Positions 36,571-46,126 are shown, counted from the first letter of the stretch. The stretch is 64,000 nt of DNA from an uncultured virus (IMG/VR IMGVR_UViG_3300023178_004374) (IMGVR_UViG_3300023178_004374), one strand, 5' to 3'. The notes: generated by a model not told the origin, from the letters alone. Numbers and translations are program-made.

Positions 36571-37799
36571 TAGTTCCTCGTTGGCTTGTCCCATCCTTTT
36601 ATAACGTCAGGCGAGAAGTTGTTGTATGAAAATTCCAATCTATCAACAATCTTCACCGCATCACCACCAAGTCTATCAATTGCTACATAACCTTCGTGAC
36701 CTGTTGTTTTAAAACCTTTTCTTGTTATAACAAAAGTATCGACTTTTTGTAGCCGATTAAGTATATTTATAAGTTTTAATTTTGCTAGCACGATAACTTT
36801 TTGTAAATCGTACATTTTTATTAAACTTGCTTTATTTTTTTCATCAAAAAAGGTTAGCAATTGAGATAACTTATCTCTTTGAGCTTGCTTACCTTTATCA
36901 CTTTTTCTCTTTGCAATTTCTTTTCCATACTTTAATCTAATCCAACGTATAAGCATGTTTGCATGCTTAGTTGTATCAGTAATAACCTGTCCTTTACGTA
37001 CATATTTATTATGGAATTGTTCTATCAATCTTGCTAAGTCCTGGTTACCTTCAAGCTGACGAAGTGTACTACCAGAAATTTGATTAAAAATCTTTCCAGC
37101 TTGAGATAGATATTGATTGACTTCTTCAGTATCCTTTTTTGACATAGTTAACTTAGTCATATCCCTGAGCATTGCGTCTTGCGACCACACAGTTCTGGTT
37201 GCGTTAAACTTGGATACATCAACTCCGTACGAAGCTCGCATAGTTTCGAAGGAGTTACCTTTATAGGTTGTATGCCAGACGATTCCAATTTTAGATTGCT
37301 TAATAGCCTTAGCTCCAGCCGACTTGCTAGGCACCGCATAGACGATAGTATTAGGATGGAATGTAACATATGATTCTCCTTTGATCTTCTGTGTTTTTAC
37401 ATCACCAGGACCAAACAAAAAATCACCTTGAACAACACCTTTTATTCCAAGCTTTGGTAACTCTCTAAGGGCGTGCTTAAGCTTAACAGCCAGATCACCA
37501 CTAGTATCAGCATCCACGTCAGCATCAGACTTATATACCTTAGGGTTCTTATTGAAGATCCCTTTCTTGGCGACAAAAAATTCGCCATCAGATGGGTCAA
37601 TCCCAGCAAAAATAGCAGGAGCACCATCCCATTTAACAGATACATTACCATCTTTGACACCTCCAAGCATATCTCTTAAATCACGTAAAGCGAAGATTGC
37701 TTCACGAGCTCCTTTAACACCACCATATATGACTCTATCTTCAATATGAGTCATGTGCGTGTTTTTATTTTCGCTTATAACACTTTTGAAAGTTTCCAT
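36570..37799 (-). CDS. Ligase-like nucleotidyltransferase (DUF6267-like)
   Basis: SVKWDGAP (KxDG), QGDFLF, HEGYV, VKIVDR; N-terminus METFKSVISE. Confidence 0.65.
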   Translation of the reverse strand: METFKSVISENKNTHMTHIEDRVIYGGVKGAREAIFALRDLRDMLGGVKDGNVSVKWDGAPAIFAGIDPSDGEFFVAKKGIFNKNPKVYKSDADVDADTSGDLAVKLKHALRELPKLGIKGVVQGDFLFGPGDVKTQKIKGESYVTFHPNTIVYAVPSKSAGAKAIKQSKIGIVWHTTYKGNSFETMRASYGVDVSKFNATRTVWSQDAMLRDMTKLTMSKKDTEEVNQYLSQAGKIFNQISGSTLRQLEGNQDLARLIEQFHNKYVRKGQVITDTTKHANMLIRWIRLKYGKEIAKRKSDKGKQAQRDKLSQLLTFFDEKNKASLIKMYDLQKVIVLAKLKLINILNRLQKVDTFVITRKGFKTTGHEGYVAIDRLGGDAVKIVDRLEFSYNNFSPDVIKGWDKPTRN

Positions 37800-37827
37800 T
37801 TTCTTACCTTTATTTAATTATAAGCTA

Positions 37828-37856
37828 ATCTTACCATAATTCTTATCAAATGTAAA
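37828..37856 (-). promoter_or_regulatory. Early promoter
   Basis: TTTACA-N17-TAAGAT. Confidence 0.7.
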
Positions 37857-37859
37857 CCA

Positions 37860-38621
37860 TTATTTTGCTATAGTTATAAGATCAAAAGAAGCACTAACTG
37901 TGGTACCAGTAGAAGCAATCGCTCTTATTTCAATATCTGTTTTTGCCGTTATTAGGAGTGGTATATCATAATTTCTTGTGTGATAACCTCCTGGAACATC
38001 CATAATATCTCTTGTTCTAAAACCGCTGTTTAAAACTCTAGTATATAACGAAACAGTAGCACTACTATTATAAGCGCCTATACCAACATTCCAAGTTGTT
38101 AAATATCCTGTGCAGTGTGCTGGAATTGTATATAAAGCAAGTTGTGTTTGACCCAATCCAAAAGTTGATCCAGTTCCTATAGTGCCAATATCTGCTAATA
38201 CTGTTCCGGTTCCACCAGCTCCTGTTGTAACTCTTACATTACCAACGTTTGTTCCTTCTGATCCTGCCTCAACAACAAAAGCTCGGAACACTCTTAAAAA
38301 TTCTACTGTTGAAGCAGATCCACCTACTGTTAATGTTTCCTGTACATTACGATAGTTTACATCCAATCCTTGAACTGTAACGGTCCTTGCTCCAGTTCCA
38401 GCAGCAGCATCATCAGCATCATCACTTGTAACATAAACAGTAGAAGGAGAAGTCAAATATTCATAAATTCCACCTTGCATCCAAACAGTTTCTGGTGCAC
38501 CACCTACACTTGGATTTCTACCAAACTTATGGATATAATCTGTGTTAAGAACTCTTTTATGAGAAATATCTACTTTTTCTGCTAAATGAGTATTTGAAAA
38601 ATATCTAGTTGTGTTAGCCAT
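37860..38621 (-). CDS. Gly/Thr-rich putative virion protein
   Basis: HKFGRNP, GTGART, beta-rich composition. Confidence 0.6.
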   Translation of the reverse strand: MANTTRYFSNTHLAEKVDISHKRVLNTDYIHKFGRNPSVGGAPETVWMQGGIYEYLTSPSTVYVTSDDADDAAAGTGARTVTVQGLDVNYRNVQETLTVGGSASTVEFLRVFRAFVVEAGSEGTNVGNVRVTTGAGGTGTVLADIGTIGTGSTFGLGQTQLALYTIPAHCTGYLTTWNVGIGAYNSSATVSLYTRVLNSGFRTRDIMDVPGGYHTRNYDIPLLITAKTDIEIRAIASTGTTVSASFDLITIAK

Positions 38622-38622
38622 T

Positions 38623-39402
38623 CTATGCTCCAGTAAACCATTTTACATCTAAGTCACCAATATTAACATTATTTTTGGCTTTAACTGGCGCAATATTATA
38701 TGGAGATTTCTTTGCGGCTGGAATACTAAATTGCATTTCAAAAGTAAATTGATAATTATCTTTTCCTTTGTATTGAACTCTAGCTCTATATGTGGCTTTA
38801 GCTGATTTACTAAATCTAGGAATGCCAGATAATTTTAAAGGATTTTTTGTTCCAAGTAAATAAAAACCATGTGTTCCAACATTAACATAATATGTTTTCT
38901 TTTTATTATAATATTGTTCTATCTTTGCAGCAGGAATCTCACCTTTAATATCTTTAAACATTTTTAAATCACGTTCATATTTTTCGCGTTTAGATGAAAG
39001 TGCTGCTTCTGCTTCAGTCTTTTTACTTAATCCTGTTCCTTTAAATGGTTCTGCTCTCCATTGTTTTTGAATTAAGTCTGTGATTCCAACTTCTTTTGCG
39101 AGATTTATAATGAATAACTTTTCATCATCTTTCTCATTTGGATTACCTATTGACCAAGTACCAGAATCATACTTCATAACAAGAGAGCCAGCAGAAGCAG
39201 CAGTGATTTTTAATTCTAATCCTGCTTTTACTCCATTTTTTTGAATCATTAAATCGGGTTGATCATGACCTGCGCCAGCTGGACTAAAATTTCCAGGAAC
39301 AATTCCTAGTGGTTTTAGTGCTTTAGCAGCATTCACTTCATATTGAAATCCTTGTTGCGCTGCCATTTCTGAAATGTATCCTTTAAAGCTATCCATTACC
39401 AT
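38623..39402 (-). CDS. PD-(D/E)xK endonuclease-like protein
   Basis: GFQYE, QPDL...LELK; N-terminus MDSFKGYISE; late promoter upstream. Confidence 0.65.
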   Translation of the reverse strand: MVMDSFKGYISEMAAQQGFQYEVNAAKALKPLGIVPGNFSPAGAGHDQPDLMIQKNGVKAGLELKITAASAGSLVMKYDSGTWSIGNPNEKDDEKLFIINLAKEVGITDLIQKQWRAEPFKGTGLSKKTEAEAALSSKREKYERDLKMFKDIKGEIPAAKIEQYYNKKKTYYVNVGTHGFYLLGTKNPLKLSGIPRFSKSAKATYRARVQYKGKDNYQFTFEMQFSIPAAKKSPYNIAPVKAKNNVNIGDLDVKWFTGA

Positions 39403-39424
39403 CTACCTATAGATTATTTTTATC

Positions 39425-39432
39425 TATTTATA
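39425..39432 (-). promoter_or_regulatory. T4-type late promoter TATAAATA
   Basis: Exact consensus directly after a terminator. Confidence 0.75.
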
Positions 39433-39433
39433 T

Positions 39434-39459
39434 AAAAAAAGAGGTCCATCAGGACCTCT
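39434..39459 (-). terminator. Rho-independent terminator
   Basis: AGAGGTCC-TGAT-GGACCTCT stem followed by T-run. Confidence 0.85.
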
Positions 39460-39483
39460 AGTAGCGGGAGAAAAAAATGAAAA

Positions 39484-39738
39484 TTATCTACGACGATAGA
39501 TGTATGCATCCATTTTCTTAGCTAATGTTAAGGGCAAAGATTGGTTGTATCTTCGTACACCATAACGATGACCTCGCCCTTGACATTTTACATAATAACG
39601 ATAATCATATCCAAAGTGTTTTAAATCTTTGTTTAGATTAGTAACCATTTTTCTAATTTGTCTAAGCTCAGCTTGATCTTCATCAGAAGTGGTAAAAGTA
39701 CCGATATAGCAATCGGTACGATTTTGATTAATTTGCAT
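39484..39738 (-). CDS. Hypothetical early protein
   Basis: YVKCQGRG motif; GGAG RBS. Confidence 0.65.
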   Translation of the reverse strand: MQINQNRTDCYIGTFTTSDEDQAELRQIRKMVTNLNKDLKHFGYDYRYYVKCQGRGHRYGVRRYNQSLPLTLAKKMDAYIYRRR

Positions 39739-39943
39739 GGCGGAAGCTCCATATTTCATATGCAACTTCTTTAACATAATCTAAAGAGTGCTGTACATAT
39801 GAAAACAAATAATCATTTGACTTATAAGCCTCGATTACTTGTTGTTCAAACTCACTATAAGAAGAAGTTTCTTGTGCAACGAAATCCATTTCGTCTGCAA
39901 CCATTTCTTCTTGTTCCATTACTAATTCTTTCATACGACCCAT
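39728..39943 (-). CDS. Hypothetical early protein
   Basis: AGGAG RBS. Confidence 0.65.
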   Translation of the reverse strand: MGRMKELVMEQEEMVADEMDFVAQETSSYSEFEQQVIEAYKSNDYLFSYVQHSLDYVKEVAYEIWSFRHAN

Positions 39944-39955
39944 AACAAATACTCC

Positions 39956-40162
39956 TTATATAATGGCGCTGTAAACAGCTTCACGTACAGCCGTATCATC
40001 GGCTTCTTCAAATTCAGGAATTAGTGCAAGCCGTGCAAGAGCATCGTCTGCCCAATTCCAAACGGTTTCAATATCATAATTGATTTTGAGATTCAATCCT
40101 TTGGTGATAATCTCTGCAACTTTAACGTTACCTTCAGTAGTAAACATTCCATAATCAGTCAT
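39956..40162 (-). CDS. Hypothetical early protein
   Basis: YGMFT.EGN...DTAVRE; AGGAG RBS. Confidence 0.7.
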   Translation of the reverse strand: MTDYGMFTTEGNVKVAEIITKGLNLKINYDIETVWNWADDALARLALIPEFEEADDTAVREAVYSAII

Positions 40163-40184
40163 GATATTTTCTCCTTATAATATT

Positions 40185-40264
40185 AATCTACCATATTATG
40201 AGCCGAATGTAAAGGAAAAAATGCATTTTATTTGATTTTTGTTTCGTTTAAAAACAATCACTTA
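40185..40264 (-). promoter_or_regulatory. Early promoter with upstream IHF-like box
   Basis: TTTACA-N17-TAGATT; AAACAA-TCAC-TTA at 40252-40264 (one mismatch). Confidence 0.72.
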
Positions 40265-40857
40265 CGTTTTTTTAAAACTCCTATGCTACTGTGTTGCTCT
40301 TCAGTTAAATCTGGACGGCGATATTCTTCTACAAAATCCCAATCAGGCCAGTTAGATATGCCTGTTATAGCTTCCCGTGGTCGTGGCATGTAATAATCAT
40401 GCGCGATTAAATATCCACCTGGCTTAACACGATTTGCCCAGTGAGACATACCATACCAAACCTTTCCATGATCTCCGTCTTCAAAATATAAGTCAATTGG
40501 TGTATCCCAATCTAAAAAATCTTGAGGACTATATCCTTTCATAAAATGAATGTTAGGAAATCTATTACAATTTTCTCTTACGGTTTTTTCATTTGGAATA
40601 ATTCCAAATTCACTTATAAGCTTTTCTTTAACATATGGGCCGTATTCTCCACAGTTTTCCCACATGCCAGAATTGGCAGCTGGATCAATTGTAAAAATTT
40701 TGACATCGGGTCTAGCAGCAGCTAACCTAGTAGTGGTGGCACCTAAATAAGTACCTACTTCTAAAACAATCCCATTAGGTGGAACTAAATTTAAATATTC
40801 AATAAGCTTATCTATTTCAGGAATAGGCTCTAATACATCAAGGCGATGTGTCTCCAT
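40258..40857 (-). CDS. Methyltransf_24 family methyltransferase
   Basis: LEVGTYLG, IDLYFEDGDH, KPGG..AHDY. Confidence 0.8.
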   Translation of the reverse strand: METHRLDVLEPIPEIDKLIEYLNLVPPNGIVLEVGTYLGATTTRLAAARPDVKIFTIDPAANSGMWENCGEYGPYVKEKLISEFGIIPNEKTVRENCNRFPNIHFMKGYSPQDFLDWDTPIDLYFEDGDHGKVWYGMSHWANRVKPGGYLIAHDYYMPRPREAITGISNWPDWDFVEEYRRPDLTEEQHSSIGVLKKRK

Positions 40858-41956
40858 ACCAAATTGCTCCTTCTCTTTCTCTCCAAGGATCCACTACAAT
40901 TGAACCTTCAGGAAAATCATAATCTTGATTTGATTTTCCAAAAGTAGTTTGTCTTGAATGAGCGGTCAGGAATATTGCAGGTTCATCAAATTTGTCGAAT
41001 TCAGCTTCGCAAAATTGTGCTACTAAGATTGAAGGTGAACCATCTTCATATGGAACATCAGGTTTAAATCCTTTACCTACAATAACAATTGGAAGACCAT
41101 GTAATACAGACAATGCTTTTAAATAGTTAGCCATATTTCTAGCTTGTTCTTCTCTTGCTTTAATAATAGCATCAAATAAATCATATCCGAGATTAATTTC
41201 TTGAGCTAACCAACGCAAAGCAATGTTATCTCTTGGATGACAAGATCCACCATCACCCATTCCAGCTTTCATGTATTTTGGAGACATAATTCTATTTGTA
41301 GAATATGCTAAAGCATCTGTAACAACATCTACATTCATGTTTCCAATCTTCATCGCTACATCTTGAATCATATTCGCAAGAGTAATTTTTGTAGTAATAA
41401 ATGTATTGTAGAAAATTTTAACTGATTCACATTCTTCCCATGTTCCTCTAATATATCTTTCACAATCGCACATATCTCTATAGAAACTTTCAAGCTTATC
41501 CATTGAATCTGGATCACCACCCATCATAATCATTTCAGGTCTTAAGAAATCTTCTTTTACTGTACCCATTGCAATAAGATAAGGGTTATACACAAACTTG
41601 GCATTCTTAACTAATGGCGCAAAATGTTTAGTAGTTGTTCCTGGCAAAACAGTAGATATTAAAACTAAAATTTGATCTTGATGCATGTGTTTATCAGCTT
41701 CTTTTAGTACATCTTGAACAATGGTGTAATCAAAATTCTTAGGTTCTAAATCACTACATACATATTTTCCATCATAAAGTGGATCATGTGGTGTTGGCAC
41801 TGCTACAAATACAATTTCGCGGAGATGAACTGCATCTTTAATTGAGTCAGCACCACTTCCATTTATATCATAACCAACTACATCATGACCAGCTTCAGAC
41901 ATTGCTTCCACTACTGGTCCACCTAATTTTCCTAATCCAATAAATCCTATTCTCAT
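40838..41956 (-). CDS. UDP-glucose/GDP-mannose dehydrogenase family
   Basis: GLGKLG, AVPTP, STVLPG, KIFYNTF, GDGGSCHPRD. Confidence 0.88.
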   Translation of the reverse strand: MRIGFIGLGKLGGPVVEAMSEAGHDVVGYDINGSGADSIKDAVHLREIVFVAVPTPHDPLYDGKYVCSDLEPKNFDYTIVQDVLKEADKHMHQDQILVLISTVLPGTTTKHFAPLVKNAKFVYNPYLIAMGTVKEDFLRPEMIMMGGDPDSMDKLESFYRDMCDCERYIRGTWEECESVKIFYNTFITTKITLANMIQDVAMKIGNMNVDVVTDALAYSTNRIMSPKYMKAGMGDGGSCHPRDNIALRWLAQEINLGYDLFDAIIKAREEQARNMANYLKALSVLHGLPIVIVGKGFKPDVPYEDGSPSILVAQFCEAEFDKFDEPAIFLTAHSRQTTFGKSNQDYDFPEGSIVVDPWREREGAIWYGDTSP

Positions 41957-43197
41957 GATTCTAATACTTTCTTTAATTCCTGCTCAAAAGCCAAGGCGTT
42001 TGTTTTTCTTAATAAATGTTGACGATTAAACTGTGTTTTTTCTCGAACACTGGATTGATTAAATAAATCTTTATTTACCCATAATCTCTTAACATTATCT
42101 ATAATGCAATTATGATCTTGTCCTATAAAAGAGTTAGGAGATCGTAAATTATCCCATTGGAAATCAAATAACTCATCATAAACTTGATAACCTAAATTTC
42201 CTAGTGCATGATTATGTCCTGGTCCAGCACTAATTATAAATGGCTGCTCTGCCATAATGTGTTTAAAAGTTTTTTCTGTAAAAAAATGTGAAGCCCAAGA
42301 TACTTCAGCTACAATACTAAAATGACTATCATACACACCCATAGGAATTCTACGTTCAGCGGAATTGTATTTACTATGATAATCAAAACTAGAAATATCA
42401 TATTGATCTTCAAATGGAATATGTTTATGTAGTTGTTCAGTATTTTTTAAACATTGGAGAAACAATGCTTGATGTTCTTTACTAAACCACCTAATTTGAT
42501 TTTCCCATAGAAATTCTAAATCATTCCAAGTCATCATATATTTTGAAAAATAATCTCCTAATACAGTAGAATAAAATACATTTTCTTCACCAATCTCATT
42601 AAATAATGCTTGCAACATTAATGTGGCTGGATATTTTCTAATCTCACCAGGAATAAAATTACAAAAATATTTTTTCTTTTCTTTTTCTCTTGGAGAAGCA
42701 TTTATTCTCCACTCAATATTATTTCTTTCATGGTTAATTCTCATATTAAATTCAAACATATTTAAATTATGAGTAATTTTACGAAGATCTGGATCAACTA
42801 ATTCTGGCCATTGATTGTCTGTTGATTCAAGATGTTGTGAAAGAATTTTAATATTATTTTCTATTAGATAATCTTTATGCTTAAACCAAAAATATTGATT
42901 TTCTATTTCTGGTCTTAATTTACTTTCAGTAAATTCCCATGAGTAGTCAAGCCAAATTTCTATATTATTATCTAATCCCCATTGTATGTGTTCCCAATAA
43001 GGAAACTCTTCATGAAGAAATGCTGTAGCTGGTTCCAATGGTAGGAACATTAAATTTTTTTCTTTTTTCTTTGGCTTATCTTCGAAGATATGTTTTCTAG
43101 TACAATACTTCTTACCAGTCATTTCTTCATACTGCTCAATGAGAGTATAGTAAAATTTTGTAGGTTGATCTTTAATACAATAATAATTAAAGTGCAT
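41953..43197 (-). CDS. Hypothetical protein, possibly glycosyltransferase-like (TEKTFK family)
   Basis: FSIVAE...FFTEKTFK...PFI...LGY..YDELFD. Confidence 0.55.
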   Translation of the reverse strand: MHFNYYCIKDQPTKFYYTLIEQYEEMTGKKYCTRKHIFEDKPKKKEKNLMFLPLEPATAFLHEEFPYWEHIQWGLDNNIEIWLDYSWEFTESKLRPEIENQYFWFKHKDYLIENNIKILSQHLESTDNQWPELVDPDLRKITHNLNMFEFNMRINHERNNIEWRINASPREKEKKKYFCNFIPGEIRKYPATLMLQALFNEIGEENVFYSTVLGDYFSKYMMTWNDLEFLWENQIRWFSKEHQALFLQCLKNTEQLHKHIPFEDQYDISSFDYHSKYNSAERRIPMGVYDSHFSIVAEVSWASHFFTEKTFKHIMAEQPFIISAGPGHNHALGNLGYQVYDELFDFQWDNLRSPNSFIGQDHNCIIDNVKRLWVNKDLFNQSSVREKTQFNRQHLLRKTNALAFEQELKKVLES

Positions 43198-43234
43198 AAT
43201 GTCTCTCTTTTCAAATCAATGTATAATATCTATA

Positions 43235-43708
43235 TCAAAATCTACCAAGAAATCTTGCTATGTATCCTACAAATGGAAGTAATGATAAAGCCATCAATAA
43301 GTTCATGCCCGTATGGGCCATAGCTATTCGAAGAGTATCACCTTTTGGCCATCCATCTGAGACGAAAAAGCCAGCTAACCATATCGTACCTGTCGTACCA
43401 ATGTTAGCTCCAAGCACGGCAGCAACTGCTGCTGGAAGTGGTAAAGCTCCAGATGCAACTAAAGCAATGATTGCTGTGGTTGATAACGATGATGATTGCC
43501 AAAGGAGAGTCATAACGATTCCTCCAATGAACATGTAAATTGGACTACCTAAAAAGAATTGTAGATGGTCCATGTTTCCCATTGATTTCATTCCACCTGA
43601 GAATGTTTTGAGACCAATGTAAAAAATCACCAGTCCAACAAGAGCGGTGATTACAGGATTTCCTAGATCCATTTTCTTTACCTTTTTCCAGAGTTTTGTT
43701 GTTGACAT
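43235..43708 (-). CDS. Short Na+/Pi cotransporter (SLC34/NptA-like, single repeat)
   Basis: LWQSSSLST, LGANIGTT; hydrophobic. Confidence 0.82.
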   Translation of the reverse strand: MSTTKLWKKVKKMDLGNPVITALVGLVIFYIGLKTFSGGMKSMGNMDHLQFFLGSPIYMFIGGIVMTLLWQSSSLSTTAIIALVASGALPLPAAVAAVLGANIGTTGTIWLAGFFVSDGWPKGDTLRIAMAHTGMNLLMALSLLPFVGYIARFLGRF

Positions 43709-43724
43709 GTCGTATCCTTAAAAT

Positions 43725-43752
43725 AAAAAGGGCATATAGTATATACCCTTTT
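43725..43752 (-). terminator. Rho-independent terminator
   Basis: AAAAGGGTATATA-CTATATGCCCTTTTT. Confidence 0.7.
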
Positions 43753-43784
43753 CTTTAGCGAAACTTTGTAAAAGTTTTGTAAAA

Positions 43785-44735
43785 TTATGCAGCGTTGGCG
43801 TATTCAACTGCTTTTTCTGCTGCTTTAATTTTACGTAGTTGATTTCCACCAAACCACTGACTGTGCAAGCGATTTTCAGAATTACGTCCTTGAACGTGAT
43901 CAGTGTGGAAAGTTACAGAGTTAAAAGCTTGCCACCATGTACCAGCACCGTATTGTGCACCAGGCTGAGTTTCTAATGAATCGTAACATGTTTTTGCAGC
44001 ACGGCTAAGATCATCTAAAGTTTCTACTGTGCGTTCAGTTGTTTTACGTGAAGTGTTAGGGAACACATCATTGTAATACTGAATAAGAGAGTCAACAGAA
44101 AATTTACGAGAACCTAAGAACTCTGCCATTTCTTTGTACTTCTCAAACTTTTCATGAGCTAGGCCAAGAGTTTCTTTAACTTGATCAGCATCAAACTCTG
44201 TACGGTGTCCAACTTTGACAGCACGATCTGCTGCTTGGCTAAGTGAAAGAGTAAGCGTGTTTTTACAAACAACACGAATAGGTGTAAATCGAATGTCGAT
44301 TGACTTACCATATTGATGAGGGTTAGAGAAAAGTAGGTAAGACTCTACTGTGTCTTCACCAAAAATGTCGAATGACTCTTTAATTTTTGCAAGAGACCAA
44401 ACCATTTGTCCACCTTTAAGTGAACCTGCTGTATGCATTTCCATATCGCCTGCGGCAACATACTCAGCAAAGAATTCGAAAGCTTCTTCGTTTTGTACTG
44501 GATTCCAATCAGTACCTACAACATCTAGAACTTTATTATCTGATGTACGAACCAAAGCTTGTTTTTGACCGACTGGAACACCAGTCTCAGTCATGATTTT
44601 TTGTTTTTCAACAGACCAATCTAAGCCTGCTTTTTGCATCATTTGAACTGGTGTCAAATCATTGTTAACCTCTACACCAAGACCGTGCCAAGGTAACTCA
44701 CCAGCGTATGCCATTGTTTCTACTTCATGTGCCAT
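43785..44735 (-). CDS. DUF932 / TIGR03299-like protein
   Basis: MAY.GE.PWHGLG, AGLDW, VQNEEAF, FTPIRVVC.NTL, GTWW.AFN. Confidence 0.88.
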   Translation of the reverse strand: MAHEVETMAYAGELPWHGLGVEVNNDLTPVQMMQKAGLDWSVEKQKIMTETGVPVGQKQALVRTSDNKVLDVVGTDWNPVQNEEAFEFFAEYVAAGDMEMHTAGSLKGGQMVWSLAKIKESFDIFGEDTVESYLLFSNPHQYGKSIDIRFTPIRVVCKNTLTLSLSQAADRAVKVGHRTEFDADQVKETLGLAHEKFEKYKEMAEFLGSRKFSVDSLIQYYNDVFPNTSRKTTERTVETLDDLSRAAKTCYDSLETQPGAQYGAGTWWQAFNSVTFHTDHVQGRNSENRLHSQWFGGNQLRKIKAAEKAVEYANAA

Positions 44736-44768
44736 AATATAATCTCCATCATTTCATTTGATAAGAAT

Positions 44769-44797
44769 ATACTACCATATTTTAAACCGATTGTAAA
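44769..44797 (-). promoter_or_regulatory. Early promoter
   Basis: TTTACA-N17-TAGTAT. Confidence 0.75.
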
Positions 44798-44816
44798 CCC
44801 CTAAAGTGCATTTTTT

Positions 44817-45032
44817 TCATTTTTTTTGCATAAAAGTTTCAGCTTCTCTTTTTTTCCAAGCAGCTTCAAATCCAATTTCACCATACTCAGCTCTTTCACA
44901 GTTTCCCCATAGTCTTTTCATATAAGAATTGTAGGTACCTTCTACTTCTTCGTCGGAAGCTTTAGGATTTATTAGGTGGCCTTTTACTAACCAGTGTAAT
45001 CGGTTAGCTTCTTTCCGCATCCAAGGCGTCAT
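44817..45032 (-). CDS. Hypothetical protein
   Basis: AGGAG RBS, 71 aa. Confidence 0.65.
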   Translation of the reverse strand: MTPWMRKEANRLHWLVKGHLINPKASDEEVEGTYNSYMKRLWGNCERAEYGEIGFEAAWKKREAETFMQKK

Positions 45033-45099
45033 ATAACTCTCCTTTCATTGCTTATAATTATATATGTGTGAGAGAAATTTTGTTACCGGTAACAGAAAA

Positions 45100-45288
45100 T
45101 TATTTTCTTCTTTTTACTACAATATAAAGAGGACAATTTGAATCAAAGGGAATGTATCTTTTAGGAGGATAATGATTATAGAATCGAGAAATATTTCTTG
45201 CAGGTCGATATTCGCAAACTTTGACAAGTCCATTGTAGTTTCCCATCCAAATATGTGTTGCCAAAATTGCAGATAAAGCTATTGTCAT
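45100..45288 (-). CDS. Small hypothetical Cys-pair protein
   Basis: VCEY...CP. Confidence 0.55.
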   Translation of the reverse strand: MTIALSAILATHIWMGNYNGLVKVCEYRPARNISRFYNHYPPKRYIPFDSNCPLYIVVKRRK

Positions 45289-45929
45289 TCATTAGCTTCT
45301 TCTTCTTTAGTTTTATATTGCCATTCATCAGTATGTCCAACTGACCACTTTGGTTCAGTTTCAACAGCATAATTTTGTGTACATACTTTAAAGTCAGGTC
45401 TTAATAAATTATCGATAGTTAAGGAGCTATCTCTGAAGAGAACCCTATTATTAGGCTGAGCAGCGAATTGACCATTGTCGAGTCTAATAACATTAAATGA
45501 TTTGTGCTCAGGGTCGTGTTCGCTGAAGTTGGTGTCAAGGATGGAAGTATCGCGGTGACAATTATCGATTGTGAATTCATATTCACCGGCATGCATACGT
45601 TTGTCTTTTCCAAAAAATTCGCATCGTGACAAGATTGGTTTTTGGACAACGGTAATGTCGTAATCAAAACAATCCCAAAGCTGAAGAACATCAAGAGGAA
45701 GAAGCTCGTCATGATCCGTTTTCCAAACAAACGCGGAAATTGGTAGTTTGTCATAAAGAGCTCCATAGTCAGTTAATAGTGTTTCAAAATAAAGTGCTTT
45801 ATACTTTACGCTCTTTACGCTTATCCATATCCCTGGTGTAAATTCTCCATGCCCATGTTCTAAGTCATAAAGATATTCCTTTCGAACATAGACATGGATG
45901 GGGGGTAAAGGGTGAATTAAAAAAGCCAT
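45285..45929 (-). CDS. Conserved marine-phage hypothetical protein
   Basis: VRKEYLYDL, LYDKLPISAF, LQLWDCF, NGQFAAQPNNR. Confidence 0.75.
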   Translation of the reverse strand: MAFLIHPLPPIHVYVRKEYLYDLEHGHGEFTPGIWISVKSVKYKALYFETLLTDYGALYDKLPISAFVWKTDHDELLPLDVLQLWDCFDYDITVVQKPILSRCEFFGKDKRMHAGEYEFTIDNCHRDTSILDTNFSEHDPEHKSFNVIRLDNGQFAAQPNNRVLFRDSSLTIDNLLRPDFKVCTQNYAVETEPKWSVGHTDEWQYKTKEEEANE

Positions 45930-45944
45930 AATATATTTTTTTAA

Positions 45945-46124
45945 TTATCCTTTACGCCAAATCGTATAAGCACCTACAGCAATAGCACCATATGCTATCA
46001 ATTCTGCGAAAGGTGGAAAGACAATGATAGCAGCTCCGCCGCCGATCATTATTACTCCATCTAAGCTAGATCTTTCAGTAACTTTTGATTTTAACCAAGC
46101 AATTTTAGATTTTAACCAGTCCAT
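45945..46124 (-). CDS. Small two-TM membrane protein (59 aa)
   Basis: Manual translation MDWLKSKIAW...ERSSLDG...YTIWRKG; GGAGG RBS. Confidence 0.65.
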   Translation of the reverse strand: MDWLKSKIAWLKSKVTERSSLDGVIMIGGGAAIIVFPPFAELIAYGAIAVGAYTIWRKG

Positions 46125-46126
46125 GG

